Assembly (NCBI GenBank): GCA_964505725.1
Contig: CAZDJK010000010.1
Coordinates: 49,158-113,157, forward strand
Direction: 5' to 3'
DNA from: an uncultured Bifidobacteriaceae bacterium
Lineage (GTDB): Bacteria; Actinomycetota; Acidimicrobiia; IMCC26256; DASPTH01
DNA length: 64,000 bases
The position numbers were made by a program, and so were the translations under genes. This document shows, piece after piece, positions 17,667-26,843 of this stretch; the first letter of the stretch is position 1; the number at the start of each line of letters is the position of its first letter. The notes under the pieces were generated by a model that saw only the letters and a list, made by a program, of their open reading frames with translations, had not been told where the DNA came from and ran no database searches.

Positions 17667-17867
17667 GTGAAGGTGCTGCTGCGCAACCCGCGGCGCGAGG
17701 TCGACGTGCCCGGCCCCACGACGGTGCGCGCACTGCTCGAGCGCCTCGACCTCAATCCCGAAGCGGTGCTCGTGATCGTCGACGACGAGCTCGTCACGCG
17801 TGACGCCCGGCTCGCCGACGCCGCGGCCGTCGAGATCCGCCCGGTGATCTCTGGAGGCGGCGCATGA
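17667..17867 (+). CDS. ttuB: Ubiquitin-like sulfur-carrier protein, ThiS/MoaD fold, TtuB-like
   Basis: Track ORF 17667..17867 (66 aa, GTG start). The pattern LNPEAVLVIV...VEIRPVISGG matches my recollection of Thermus TtuB (LNPETVV...ISGG). Here the chain ends ISGGGA. The stop overlaps the ttuA-like ATG (ATGA). Confidence 0.7.
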   Translation: MKVLLRNPRREVDVPGPTTVRALLERLDLNPEAVLVIVDDELVTRDARLADAAAVEIRPVISGGGA

Positions 17868-18811
17868 AGTGCCGGGTGTGCCGCGGGCCGGCAATGATCG
17901 ACGTCCCGCGGCACAACGCGGGCTTCTGCCTCGAACACTTCGTGCGGCACTGCGAGGAGCAGGTACGGCGCGCGATCGAGCAGCACGAGATGTTCGATCG
18001 GAGCGCGCAGGTCCTCGTGGCGGTGTCGGGCGGCAAGGACTCGCTCGCGCTCTGGGACATCCTCACCCGGCTCGGCTACCGGTCCGACGGCCTCTACCTC
18101 GGTCTCGGCATCGGTGAGTACTCGGACGACTCGGGCGCGTACGCGCGCGGTTACGCGGCCGACCGCGGCCTCACGCTGGTCGAGGTCGATCTCGCGGGGG
18201 AGCTCGGGTACGACATCCCGCGGGCGGCGGCGGCGACACACCGCTCGCCGTGCGGCGCGTGCGGCCTCTCGAAGCGCCACCTGTTCAACGCGGTGGCGCT
18301 CGAACGCGGCTACGACGTCGTCGCGACCGGGCACAACCTCGACGACGAGGCGGCAGTGCTGCTCGGGAACGTCCTCCGCTGGGACGCCGAGTACCTCGGG
18401 CGCCAGCAACCCGTGCTCCCCGCGGCGCCGGGCTTCGTCCGCAAGGTCAAGCCCCTCGTGCGCCTCGGCGAGCGCGAGTCCGCGGCCTACTGCGTCGCGC
18501 GGGGCATCGACTACCAAGTCGAGGAGTGCCCCATGGCGGCGGGGAACCGCCACCTCGTCTTGAAGGAGCTCCTGAACGGGCTCGAGGCGCGCTCGCCGGG
18601 CACGAAGGCCGCGTTCCTGGGCGGCTTCATCGAACGGGGCCACGAGCGCTTCGCATCCGACGCGGTCGAACCGCGTGCGCACCTCGGCACGTGCACGGTG
18701 TGCGGGGCACCGACGCCGGGCTCGGTCTGCGCGTTCTGTCGCCTGCGGGAGCGGGTCGCGGTCGGCGGGGCGGTGCCGGTGTCGGTGCGCGGCCCCCGGG
18801 CGCGTCCTTAG
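17864..18811 (+). CDS. ttuA: tRNA 2-thiolation PP-loop ATPase, TtuA/Ncs6 family (predicted tRNA-5-methyluridine54 2-sulfurtransferase)
   Basis: Track ORF 17864..18811 (315 aa). It has N- and C-terminal zinc-finger CxxC pairs (CRVC...C..H and CTVCG...CAFC) and the PP-loop SGGKDS. It also has Fe-S ligand candidates CGACG and EECP, plus ATGHNLDDEAAV. Confidence 0.75.
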   Translation: MKCRVCRGPAMIDVPRHNAGFCLEHFVRHCEEQVRRAIEQHEMFDRSAQVLVAVSGGKDSLALWDILTRLGYRSDGLYLGLGIGEYSDDSGAYARGYAADRGLTLVEVDLAGELGYDIPRAAAATHRSPCGACGLSKRHLFNAVALERGYDVVATGHNLDDEAAVLLGNVLRWDAEYLGRQQPVLPAAPGFVRKVKPLVRLGERESAAYCVARGIDYQVEECPMAAGNRHLVLKELLNGLEARSPGTKAAFLGGFIERGHERFASDAVEPRAHLGTCTVCGAPTPGSVCAFCRLRERVAVGGAVPVSVRGPRARP

Positions 18812-18824
18812 GCCGGCCGGCGCC

Positions 18825-19604
18825 ATGGCCCGCGACTTCGCGGCGGGAGACCGCGTCCTCCTCGTCGACGCCAAACGGCGCCGCCACCTCGTGACCCTCG
18901 CCGCCGGCGGCCAGTTCCACACCCACAGCGGGGTCCTCGAGCACGACGCGCTCATCGGGCGGCCCGAGGGGATCACCGTGCGCACTGCGCTCGGGGCGAA
19001 GCTGGTGGCGGTCCGGCCGACGCTCGCGGAGTACGTGCTCGAGATGCCGCGCGGCGCGCAAGTGATCTACCCGAAGGACCTCGGCCCGATCCTCGTGCTC
19101 GCCGACGTGTTCCCCGGTGCCCGCGTGCTCGAGTCGGGCATGGGCTCCGGTGCCCTGACGCTCGCGCTCCTGCGTGCGGTGGGCGCCACGGGCCACGTCA
19201 CCGGGTACGAGATCCGCGACGACTTCGCGCGTCGCGCGCGCGCGAACATCGACAGCTTCCTCGGTCCGGACGTCCCGCTCACCGTCGAGGTGCGCGACGT
19301 GTACGCGGGCATCGACGCCGACGAGCTCGACCGCGTGCTGCTCGATCTCCCCGAGCCGTGGCGGGTGGTCAAGCATGCCGAGGCGGCGCTGCGTCCGGGC
19401 GGGATCCTCCTCGCGTACCTGCCGACCATCGGCCAGGTCGCACGACTGCGGGAGGAGCTCGCCGACTCGTCGTTCGGCATGATCGAGACGCTCGAGGTGC
19501 TGCAGCGCACCTGGCACGTGGACGGCCAATCGGTGCGGCCCGACCATCGGATGGTCGCGCACACCGGTTTCCTCACCCACGCACGCCTCCTCGACCGCGC
19601 GTGA
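18825..19604 (+). CDS. trmI: tRNA (adenine58-N1)-methyltransferase
   Basis: ATG at 18825 within track ORF 18675..19604. It has GCD14/TrmI family features (VIYPKD, ESGMGSGALT, LDLPEPW). Mycobacterial trmI (Rv2118c) sits in the same position relative to mpa. Confidence 0.85.
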   Translation: MARDFAAGDRVLLVDAKRRRHLVTLAAGGQFHTHSGVLEHDALIGRPEGITVRTALGAKLVAVRPTLAEYVLEMPRGAQVIYPKDLGPILVLADVFPGARVLESGMGSGALTLALLRAVGATGHVTGYEIRDDFARRARANIDSFLGPDVPLTVEVRDVYAGIDADELDRVLLDLPEPWRVVKHAEAALRPGGILLAYLPTIGQVARLREELADSSFGMIETLEVLQRTWHVDGQSVRPDHRMVAHTGFLTHARLLDRA

Positions 19605-20782
19605 ACTTCCTCGACTTCGTCGTCGTCCTCACCGCGGCCGGTGCCGCCTTCCTCGGCTACCGGCTGGGATTCGTGCGGCGGCTCGCGTCGTGGGCGGGAC
19701 TGGCGGCAGGGCTCGCGCTCGCGATCGCGGTAGCGCCGGACGTCGTCGACCTGCTCAAGGCGTCGCCTCCTCGCACCCGCCTGCTGGTGGCGCTCGGCAT
19801 GGTCCTCGTGCTCGCGGTGGGCGGGCAGGGGATCGGACTCGCACTCGGGAGCGCGCTGCACCGCACCCTGCGCGTCGGCCGGTCGCCGGCGTTGCGCAAG
19901 GGCGACCAGGTCGCGGGCGGCGTGCTCGGCGCGGCGGGGATCGTCGTGCTCGTCTGGTTGCTCATTCCCGCGCTCGCGAGCTCGCCGGGGTGGCCCGCGC
20001 AGGCCGTGCGCAACTCGACCGTCGCCCGCGCGATCGACCGGCTCGCGCCGAGCCCGCCATCACCCGCGCAGGATCTCGGTCGCCTCGTCGGCGACGAGAG
20101 CTTCCCCGAGGTGCTCGACACGCTCACGACGCCCGACGCGGGCTCGCCGCCCGAGGGCGGTCTCCCGGCGGCGGTCTCGGCCCGCGTCCGCCAGGCGGTG
20201 GTGAAGGTGGAGGGCGTGGCGTGCGACACCGTGCAGGAGGGGACCGGGTTCGTTGCGGCCCCCGACCTCGTGGTGACCAACGCGCACGTGATCGCGGGCG
20301 AGAGCCGTCCGCGCGTGGACACGCCCGACGGGCGCGTGCTGGGCGTGCAGGTCGCCGCGTTCGACCCCGACCGCGACCTCGCGGTGCTGCGGGTCCCGGG
20401 CCTCGGCATGCCGGCGCTCGTACGCGGCGACGGCAGGGTCGACGAGCAGGGCTCGCTGTTCGGTCATCCCGGCGGCGGCCCGCTCCGCGAGTCGCCGATG
20501 CGCATCGCAGAGCAGATCGAGGCGCGGGGCACCGACATCACGCACTCGCACTCGACGACGCGCGACGTGTTCGTGCTCGCGGCGGTCACGGAGCCCGGCG
20601 ACTCCGGCGGGCCGGTCGTGGACGACTCCGGCCACGTGGTGGGCGTGGTGTTCGCGTTCGACCTCACCCGCGCGACGACCGCGTACGCCCTCACGGGCTC
20701 GGAGCTCGCAGCGGTGCTCGACCCGGTGCTCGCGGGCACTGCGCCCGCGCCGCGCGGCACGGGCCCCTGCCTTTCCGACTAG
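19601..20782 (+). CDS. CvpA-domain membrane serine protease, MarP (Rv3671c)-like
   Basis: GTG at 19601 forms a GTGA overlap with the trmI stop. Four N-terminal TM helices are followed by a trypsin-like domain with TNAHV (His), DLAVLRV (Asp) and GDSGGPVV (Ser). Confidence 0.8.
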   Translation: MNFLDFVVVLTAAGAAFLGYRLGFVRRLASWAGLAAGLALAIAVAPDVVDLLKASPPRTRLLVALGMVLVLAVGGQGIGLALGSALHRTLRVGRSPALRKGDQVAGGVLGAAGIVVLVWLLIPALASSPGWPAQAVRNSTVARAIDRLAPSPPSPAQDLGRLVGDESFPEVLDTLTTPDAGSPPEGGLPAAVSARVRQAVVKVEGVACDTVQEGTGFVAAPDLVVTNAHVIAGESRPRVDTPDGRVLGVQVAAFDPDRDLAVLRVPGLGMPALVRGDGRVDEQGSLFGHPGGGPLRESPMRIAEQIEARGTDITHSHSTTRDVFVLAAVTEPGDSGGPVVDDSGHVVGVVFAFDLTRATTAYALTGSELAAVLDPVLAGTAPAPRGTGPCLSD

Positions 20783-20843
20783 ACCACCGGCGAGACCCCG
20801 GCCGTCGGTGTCACGGGGCGGCTGCGGGGTGGGTGCGGAGAGG

Positions 20844-21080
20844 TCAGTCGACCTCGATGAAGATGCACTCGCCGGGGCATTCCTCGGCCGACTCGATCAC
20901 GGCCTCTTCCATGCCGCTGGGGACGTTCGCGAGCCCGTCGGCGCCACCGGGGTCGCTGAAGACCTTGTCGCTTTCCTTGACGTAGGCGAGGCCGTCGTCG
21001 AGCAGCGTGAAGACGGCGGGCGCGATCTCCTCGCACAGACCGTCTCCGGTGCACAGGTCCTGGTCGATCCAGACCTTCAT
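20844..21080 (-). CDS. Ferredoxin (single-cluster, actinobacterial type)
   Basis: Track ORF 20844..21080 (78 aa). It has the CTGDGLC...CP pattern. Confidence 0.8.
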   Translation of the reverse strand: MKVWIDQDLCTGDGLCEEIAPAVFTLLDDGLAYVKESDKVFSDPGGADGLANVPSGMEEAVIESAEECPGECIFIEVD

Positions 21081-21357
21081 GGCGTCGGTGGGTCCTTCCC
21101 TCTCGGGCTCTCTCGGGCTCCGGTATGCGTAGCGTTCCTCGCCGTCCAGGGTACGCGCGCGGTCGAGGATTTCTCAAGCCAAAGCGGGGGAAATCTCGTG
21201 ACCGGTTCCGGGCAAGGGGACGCCACGTCATCGGATCGTCACGAAACGTGTCACGGTGGGCCGGCGGGCCCGGTGTAGTGTCCGAAGCCAGGCCCACGAG
21301 GGGACGAAGCGCCCGGAACCCCCGGGCGGGCGGCGACCAGGCGGGGAGGTGAACCAC

Positions 21358-23112
21358 GTGGCTTCCGAGCACGACCGGCGGCTCGCCGAGTACGAGCGCC
21401 AGGTGGGGGATCTCCAGGGCCAGCTCAAGTCGCTGGAGGAGGAGGTGGTGGTGCTCCGCCGCCGCCTCCAGGACGCTCCGAAGCGGGTCCGGACGCTCGA
21501 GGAGAAGATCCTCGAGACCAAGGGCCAGCTCGCCCAGGCCGTCTCCCAGAACGAGCGGCTCTCGGCGACCCTCCGCGAGGCACGCGAGCACATCGCGGCG
21601 CTCCGGGAGGAGGTCGAGAAGCTCACCATGCCGCCCTCGGCCTACGGCACGTACCTCGGCTCCAACGATGACGGCACCGTCGACGTGTTCACGGCGGGGC
21701 GCAAGATGCGGGTGTCGGTCCACCCGGAGGTCGAGCTCGAGCAGCTCACACGGGGCCAGGAGGTCGCGCTCAACGAGTCGCTCAACGTCGTGCTCGCCCG
21801 TGCCGCCGATGTCGCCGGTGAGGTGGTCACGCTCAAGGAGCTCCTCGGCGACGGCATGCGCGCCCTGATCGTCGGCCGCGCCGATGAGGAGCGGGTGTGC
21901 GAGCTCGCGGACACCCTGCTCGGCGAGCCGCTGCGCGCCGGCGACCACGTGCTGATGGACTCCCGCTCGGGCATGCTCGTGGAGCGCCTCCCGCGCCCGG
22001 AGGTCGAGGAGCTCGTGCTCGAGGAGGTCCCCGACGTCACCTACGCCGACGTCGGCGGCCTCGACGACCAGATCGACGCGATCAAGGACGCGGTGGAGCT
22101 CCCGTACCTCTACGCCGAGATGTTCCACGAGCACGAGCTGCAACCGCCCAAGGGCATCCTCCTCTACGGGCCGCCCGGCTGCGGCAAGACGCTCATCGCC
22201 AAGGCGGTCGCCAACTCGCTCGCCACCCGGGTCGCCGAGCGCACCGGCGACGCCGCCGCCCGCTCGTTCTTCCTCAACGTCAAGGGCCCGGAGCTCCAGA
22301 ACAAGTACGTGGGGGAGACCGAGCGCCAGATCCGCCTCATCTTCCAGCGGGCGCGCGAGAAGTCGGAGGCGGGCTACCCGGTCATCGTGTTCTTCGACGA
22401 GATGGACTCGCTGTTCCGCACCCGGGGCACCGGGATCTCGTCCGACATCGAGAGCACGATCGTGCCGCAGCTACTCGCCGAGATCGACGGCGTGGAGAGT
22501 CTGAAGAACGTGATCGTGATCGGCGCGTCGAACCGCGAGGATCTGATCGACCCCGCGATCCTGCGCCCCGGCCGTCTCGACGTGAAGATCAAGATCGAGC
22601 GCCCCGACCAGCAGAGCGCGACGCAAATCTTCCGGCGGTACCTCACCGCGAACCTCCCTCTGGCGGACCAGGAGACCAGCGCGCACGGCGGCCCCGACAA
22701 GGCGGTCGAGGCGATGATCGAATCGGCCGTGTCGCACATGTACGAGGTCCACGACGCCAACCGGTTCCTCGAGGTCACGTACCAGAACGGCGACAAGGAG
22801 GTCCTGTACTTCAAGGACTTCGCGTCCGGTGCGATGATCGAGAACATCGTGCGCCGGGCCAAGAAGCTCTCGATCAAGCGGCAGATCGAGGGCGGCGGCA
22901 AGGGCATCTCCACCCAGGATCTCCACGACTCGATCCGCCAGGAGTTCCGGGAGCACGAGGACCTGCCGAACACGACCAACCCCGACGACTGGGCCAAGAT
23001 CTCGGGCAAGAAGGGCGAGCGCATCGTCTTCGTGCGCACGCTGATGGCCGAGGGCGACGAGGCGAAAGGCGGCCGTCAGATCGAACGGGTCACGACCGGC
23101 CAGTACCTGTAG
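21358..23112 (+). CDS. arc: Proteasome-associated AAA ATPase ARC/Mpa
   Basis: GTG at 21358 is preceded by gggaggtg. It has an N-terminal coiled coil, Walker A GPPGCGKT and a C-terminal GQYL motif that ends the protein. Confidence 0.95.
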   Translation: MASEHDRRLAEYERQVGDLQGQLKSLEEEVVVLRRRLQDAPKRVRTLEEKILETKGQLAQAVSQNERLSATLREAREHIAALREEVEKLTMPPSAYGTYLGSNDDGTVDVFTAGRKMRVSVHPEVELEQLTRGQEVALNESLNVVLARAADVAGEVVTLKELLGDGMRALIVGRADEERVCELADTLLGEPLRAGDHVLMDSRSGMLVERLPRPEVEELVLEEVPDVTYADVGGLDDQIDAIKDAVELPYLYAEMFHEHELQPPKGILLYGPPGCGKTLIAKAVANSLATRVAERTGDAAARSFFLNVKGPELQNKYVGETERQIRLIFQRAREKSEAGYPVIVFFDEMDSLFRTRGTGISSDIESTIVPQLLAEIDGVESLKNVIVIGASNREDLIDPAILRPGRLDVKIKIERPDQQSATQIFRRYLTANLPLADQETSAHGGPDKAVEAMIESAVSHMYEVHDANRFLEVTYQNGDKEVLYFKDFASGAMIENIVRRAKKLSIKRQIEGGGKGISTQDLHDSIRQEFREHEDLPNTTNPDDWAKISGKKGERIVFVRTLMAEGDEAKGGRQIERVTTGQYL

Positions 23113-23161
23113 GCGGATGGCCGCGTGAGCGGCACGTGAGCCCGGCCAGTACGTCTAGCGC

Positions 23162-24052
23162 TCAGTTGGCGGCGACGCAGGTGACGTGGCCGATGGCGGA
23201 CGCGAGGTGCCGCCAGGAGTCCTCGCCCCGGGGGCGGACCCACACCTCTCCGGCCCGCGACGCAAGCGCGATCGTGCCGTTGCGCGCTGTCACGAAACGC
23301 GTGTCGATCATGCCGTCGACCGTCTCCGGGAGCCCGTCGCCTACGGGCTCGAGCGGACCGCCGTCGACCTTGCTGCGGTAGAGCGCGGACTCCTTCGAGA
23401 ACGGGCCCGCCGCGTTCGACACGTACAGCTCGTCGCCAACAGAAGTGACGGCGCGGCAGTAGGTCCCGGGAAGGCCGCGGACCTCCTGCTCCCAGGTTGC
23501 ACCGCCGTCGTGGGAGCGCAACAGCCCCACGGCCGCGGCCGCGATCACGACCTCAGGGCGGTCGGGGTGGGCCGACACCTCGTGGACGTCGTTGTCGACC
23601 GGCATGGTGGGGAGCCACGAGCCGCCGGCGTCGGTCGAACGGAGCACGCCGCCGACGTGCACGTTCGCGAGCACGGTCGCGCCGTCACACGTCGCGGTGA
23701 GCGACCGCACCTGGATCGGCGAACCGACCTGGTGCCATTCGTCGCGTGACGGAGCCCGGTCGAAGGAGGGGAGCGCGACGAGCCCGTGCCCATCGACCTC
23801 CAGCATGCGGGCGTCGTTCGTTCCGGCGAACACGGTGTCACCGGCCGTCGTGAGCGACACGAGGTCGTGGTCGCCGGTCGCGAGCTCGGTCCAGTCTCCG
23901 TCGGTGTAGGACCACACCGCCCGCCCGTCGACGATCGCGACCCAGGTACCGGCGGGCCCCGGCGTCAGCGCGTCGACCGCGCGACCCGCCAACGCGTGAT
24001 CGCGCATACCCGACGAAGCGAAGGTGTGGTACCCGTCGGTGGTGCCGACCAT
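23162..24052 (-). CDS. BNR/Asp-box repeat beta-propeller protein (sialidase-like/Ycf48-like fold)
   Basis: ATG at 24052 within track ORF 23162..25549 gives 296 aa. It has Asp-box motifs STDAGGSW and SHDGGATW. The rest of the track ORF is antisense shadow of dop. Confidence 0.6.
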   Translation of the reverse strand: MVGTTDGYHTFASSGMRDHALAGRAVDALTPGPAGTWVAIVDGRAVWSYTDGDWTELATGDHDLVSLTTAGDTVFAGTNDARMLEVDGHGLVALPSFDRAPSRDEWHQVGSPIQVRSLTATCDGATVLANVHVGGVLRSTDAGGSWLPTMPVDNDVHEVSAHPDRPEVVIAAAAVGLLRSHDGGATWEQEVRGLPGTYCRAVTSVGDELYVSNAAGPFSKESALYRSKVDGGPLEPVGDGLPETVDGMIDTRFVTARNGTIALASRAGEVWVRPRGEDSWRHLASAIGHVTCVAAN

Positions 24053-24124
24053 CACGGCCACGACCCCGATCGTAGGGCGCGGATGCGCCGATCGGAAGCG
24101 GAGGCGTGCAGGTAGGCTGCATGC

Positions 24125-25612
24125 GTGGCGATCCCCAAGGTCTGCGGCATCGAGACCGAGTACGGCGTCACGATGCGGGGCGTGGCGGATCCCAATCCGG
24201 TGCTCGCGTCGTCGATGCTGATCAACAGCTACGTGGAGCACCACAAGGTCGGTTGGGACTTCGAGGACGAGTCCCCGGGCCGCGACGCGCGAGGATTCGC
24301 GCGCGACGGCTCGCTCCCGCCCGAGGTCGAGACCCATCTCGTGAACGCGGTGCTCACCAACGGCGCGCGCTACTACCTGGACCACGCCCACCCCGAGTAC
24401 TCGACCCCCGAGTGCGCGGACGCGCTCGAGCTCGTGTGTGCCGACAAGGCGGGAGAGCGAATCCTGGCCCGGTCGATGCTGGCGTCGCGCCGTGTCGTGG
24501 AACCGGGGCAGGAGATCGTCGTCTACAAGAACAACTCGGACGGCAAGGGCAACTCGTACGGCACACACGAGAACTACCTCGTCGACCGGCGCGTACCCTT
24601 CGCCGCTCTGGTGCGCCACCTCCTTCCCTGGCTGGTGAGCCGCCAGGTGTTCACCGGCGCAGGCAAGACCGGATCCGAGAACGGCGCCGACCCCGTGGAC
24701 TTCCAGATCAGCCAGCGCGCGGACTTCTTCGAGGAGGAAGTCGGCCTCGAGACGACGCTGAAGCGCCCCATCGTCAACACGCGCGACGAGCCGCATGCGG
24801 ATCCGCAGCTGTACCGCCGACTGCACGTGATCGCAGGCGACGCGAACCTCTGCGAGGTGGCGACGTTCCTCAAGGTCGGCACCACCGCGATCGTCCTGGC
24901 GATGATCGAGGACGACTTCTTCGACAAGGACCTGTCGATCGTCGGGCCCGTGGCCGCGATGCGAACGGTGTCGCACGATCCCACCTGCCGCGCCGTCGTC
25001 GAGCTGCACGAAGGCGGCAGCATCACCGCGGTGGAGCTGCAGTGGGAGTTCCTGAGGCTCGCCCAGAAGTACGCCGACGAGATCGGGCTCGAGCACTGCG
25101 GTGGTGACGAGGTCGGGAGCAGCGTGCTGACCCGCTGGGAAGCCGCGCTCGTCGCGCTCGAGCGTGACCCGATGGCGTTGAGCGGCCAGCTGGACTGGGT
25201 CACGAAGCTCGAGCTGCTGCGCGCCTACGCCGACCGTGACCGCCTGGCGTGGGACAACCCCAAGCTCGCGCTCCTCGACCTCCAGTACCACGACGTGAGG
25301 CCCGACCGCTCGCTGTACGAGCGCCTGGCGCGCGCGGGGAAGATCGAGCGGCTCGTCGAGGAGGAGGCCGTGCTGGCGGGGATGACCCAGCCGCCCGGTT
25401 CGACCCGCGCCTACTTCCGCGGTGGGTGCCTCGCGCGGTGGCCCGAGGCGGTCGTCGCCGCCAACTGGGACAGCGTGATCCTCGACGTCGGCACCGACCC
25501 GTTGCGGCGGATCCCGATGATGGAGCCCCTGCGGGGAACGAAGGCCCACGTGGAGCCGTTGTTCTCTTCCGTGAGCACGCCCGCGGAGCTGGTGGCCCGA
25601 CTTCAGGCCTAG
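24125..25612 (+). CDS. dop: Pup deamidase/depupylase
   Basis: Track ORF 24125..25612 (495 aa). It is close to Mtb Dop by eye (GIETEYG, NGARYYLDHAHPEYSTPEC, a Dop-specific loop GAGKTGSENGADPVDFQISQR, TRAYFRG). It sits directly upstream of pup. Confidence 0.9.
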   Translation: MAIPKVCGIETEYGVTMRGVADPNPVLASSMLINSYVEHHKVGWDFEDESPGRDARGFARDGSLPPEVETHLVNAVLTNGARYYLDHAHPEYSTPECADALELVCADKAGERILARSMLASRRVVEPGQEIVVYKNNSDGKGNSYGTHENYLVDRRVPFAALVRHLLPWLVSRQVFTGAGKTGSENGADPVDFQISQRADFFEEEVGLETTLKRPIVNTRDEPHADPQLYRRLHVIAGDANLCEVATFLKVGTTAIVLAMIEDDFFDKDLSIVGPVAAMRTVSHDPTCRAVVELHEGGSITAVELQWEFLRLAQKYADEIGLEHCGGDEVGSSVLTRWEAALVALERDPMALSGQLDWVTKLELLRAYADRDRLAWDNPKLALLDLQYHDVRPDRSLYERLARAGKIERLVEEEAVLAGMTQPPGSTRAYFRGGCLARWPEAVVAANWDSVILDVGTDPLRRIPMMEPLRGTKAHVEPLFSSVSTPAELVARLQA

Positions 25613-25682
25613 GCGTGCTAGGCAGGTAGTGAGAAGGACCCCGGAGGCGGTTGCTCCGGGTCACGGGTGAGGAGCGATCGTC

Positions 25683-25877
25683 ATGCCCGAGCGTGAGCGC
25701 AAGCAGAGGCCGGCCCCGAAGGAACGGGCCCAGGAAGCCGCCGACGTCGACGCACCTGCGAAGCAGGGCGAGGCGCTCAAGGAAGAGCTCGACGACCTGC
25801 TCGACGAGATCGACTCCGTGCTCGAGACGAACGCGGAGGAGTTCGTGAAGTCCTACGTCCAGAAGGGCGGAGAGTGA
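25683..25877 (+). CDS. pup: Prokaryotic ubiquitin-like protein Pup (C-terminal GGE form)
   Basis: Track ORF 25683..25877 (64 aa). It has the [30 protein letters not shown]-terminus. Confidence 0.95.
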   Translation: MPERERKQRPAPKERAQEAADVDAPAKQGEALKEELDDLLDEIDSVLETNAEEFVKSYVQKGGE

Positions 25878-25882
25878 CCTCG

Positions 25883-25951
25883 TCGACGCGCCGCGCCGGT
25901 CACCCCGCAGCCTGAGCGCCCGGCCCATCCTCGACGCGCGCGCCGCGTCGA
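25883..25951 (+). promoter_or_regulatory. Imperfect inverted repeat / stem-loop immediately downstream of pup
   Basis: tcgacgcgccgcgc (25883-25896) pairs with gcgcgccgcgtcga (25938-25951) at 13 of 14 positions, with a 41-nt loop. It starts 6 nt after the pup stop, inside an unusually long pup-prcB spacer. Confidence 0.3.
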
Positions 25952-26030
25952 TCGCGACGGCACGACGGTGCGAGGCGACGATCCTGCGGGCAGGTGCCGT
26001 ATAGGCTCGCCCGTTGTGAGCGAGTCGCCA

Positions 26031-26843
26031 ATGCCGTTCTTCGCGCCCGCGAACGATCCCGGCCCGTCGTTCGTCGATCTCCTGCGGAAGGTCGCGCCGC
26101 ACGAGCTCCCCGGCGCGGGCGCCGCGGGAACCGTCTCGGGAAGTCCCATGCTGCCGGTCGAGGCGGTGCACGGCACCACGGTGCTCGCCATCCGCTACGA
26201 CGCCGGCGTGGTGCTCGCCGGGGACCGGCGCGCCACCGCGGGGAGCTTCATCGCGAGCCGCCGGATCGAGAAGGTCTTCCCGGCCGACGACTTCTCCGGG
26301 GTCGCGATCGCGGGTGCCGCGGGCCCCGCCGTCGACCTCGTGCGCCTCTTCCAGCTCCAGCTCGAGCACTACGAGAAGATCGAGGGCGAGCTGCTGTCGC
26401 TCGAGGGGAAGGCCAACCAGCTCGCGATGCTCGTGAAGACCAACCTCCCGGCCGCGATGCAGGGCCTCGTGGTGGTCCCGCTCTTCGCCGGCTACGACGA
26501 ACGGCGCCAGATCGGCCGGGTGTTCAGCTACGACGTCACCGGCGGCAAGTACGAAGAGGCCGACTTCCAGACCAACGGCTCGGGCGGCGTCCACGCCCGC
26601 AACTGGATCAAGGCGATCTGGCGTGACGGCCTGTCGCGTGACGACACCGTCGACCTCGCACTCCGGGCGCTGTTCGCCGCGGCCGACGAGGACTCCGCGA
26701 CCGGCGGGCCCGACATCGTGCGTGGCATCTACCCGACGGTGGCCGTGATCTCGGCCGAGGGGTACGAGCCCGTCCCCGAAGCCGATGTCGCGGCGCGGGC
26801 CCAGGTGCTGATCGGCGGGCGAGAGGAGGGGTCGGGCCTGTGA
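26031..26843 (+). CDS. prcB: 20S proteasome beta subunit
   Basis: ATG at 26031 (alternative GTG at 26016) lies within track ORF 25968..26843. The propeptide ends ...AVHG, followed by the catalytic TTVLAIRY. Confidence 0.9.
   Translation: MPFFAPANDPGPSFVDLLRKVAPHELPGAGAAGTVSGSPMLPVEAVHGTTVLAIRYDAGVVLAGDRRATAGSFIASRRIEKVFPADDFSGVAIAGAAGPAVDLVRLFQLQLEHYEKIEGELLSLEGKANQLAMLVKTNLPAAMQGLVVVPLFAGYDERRQIGRVFSYDVTGGKYEEADFQTNGSGGVHARNWIKAIWRDGLSRDDTVDLALRALFAAADEDSATGGPDIVRGIYPTVAVISAEGYEPVPEADVAARAQVLIGGREEGSGL

Noticed and set aside
21240-21285. PafBC/RecA-independent promoter motif (TGTCGGTG-N8-TANNNT) upstream of arc. The sequence tgtcacggtg lies at 21249 and tagtgt at 21276.
   Set aside because: The upstream half has an extra base and the spacing to TAGTGT is 17 nt, not 8. 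TAGTGT may still be an ordinary -10, but I cannot support a PafBC site.
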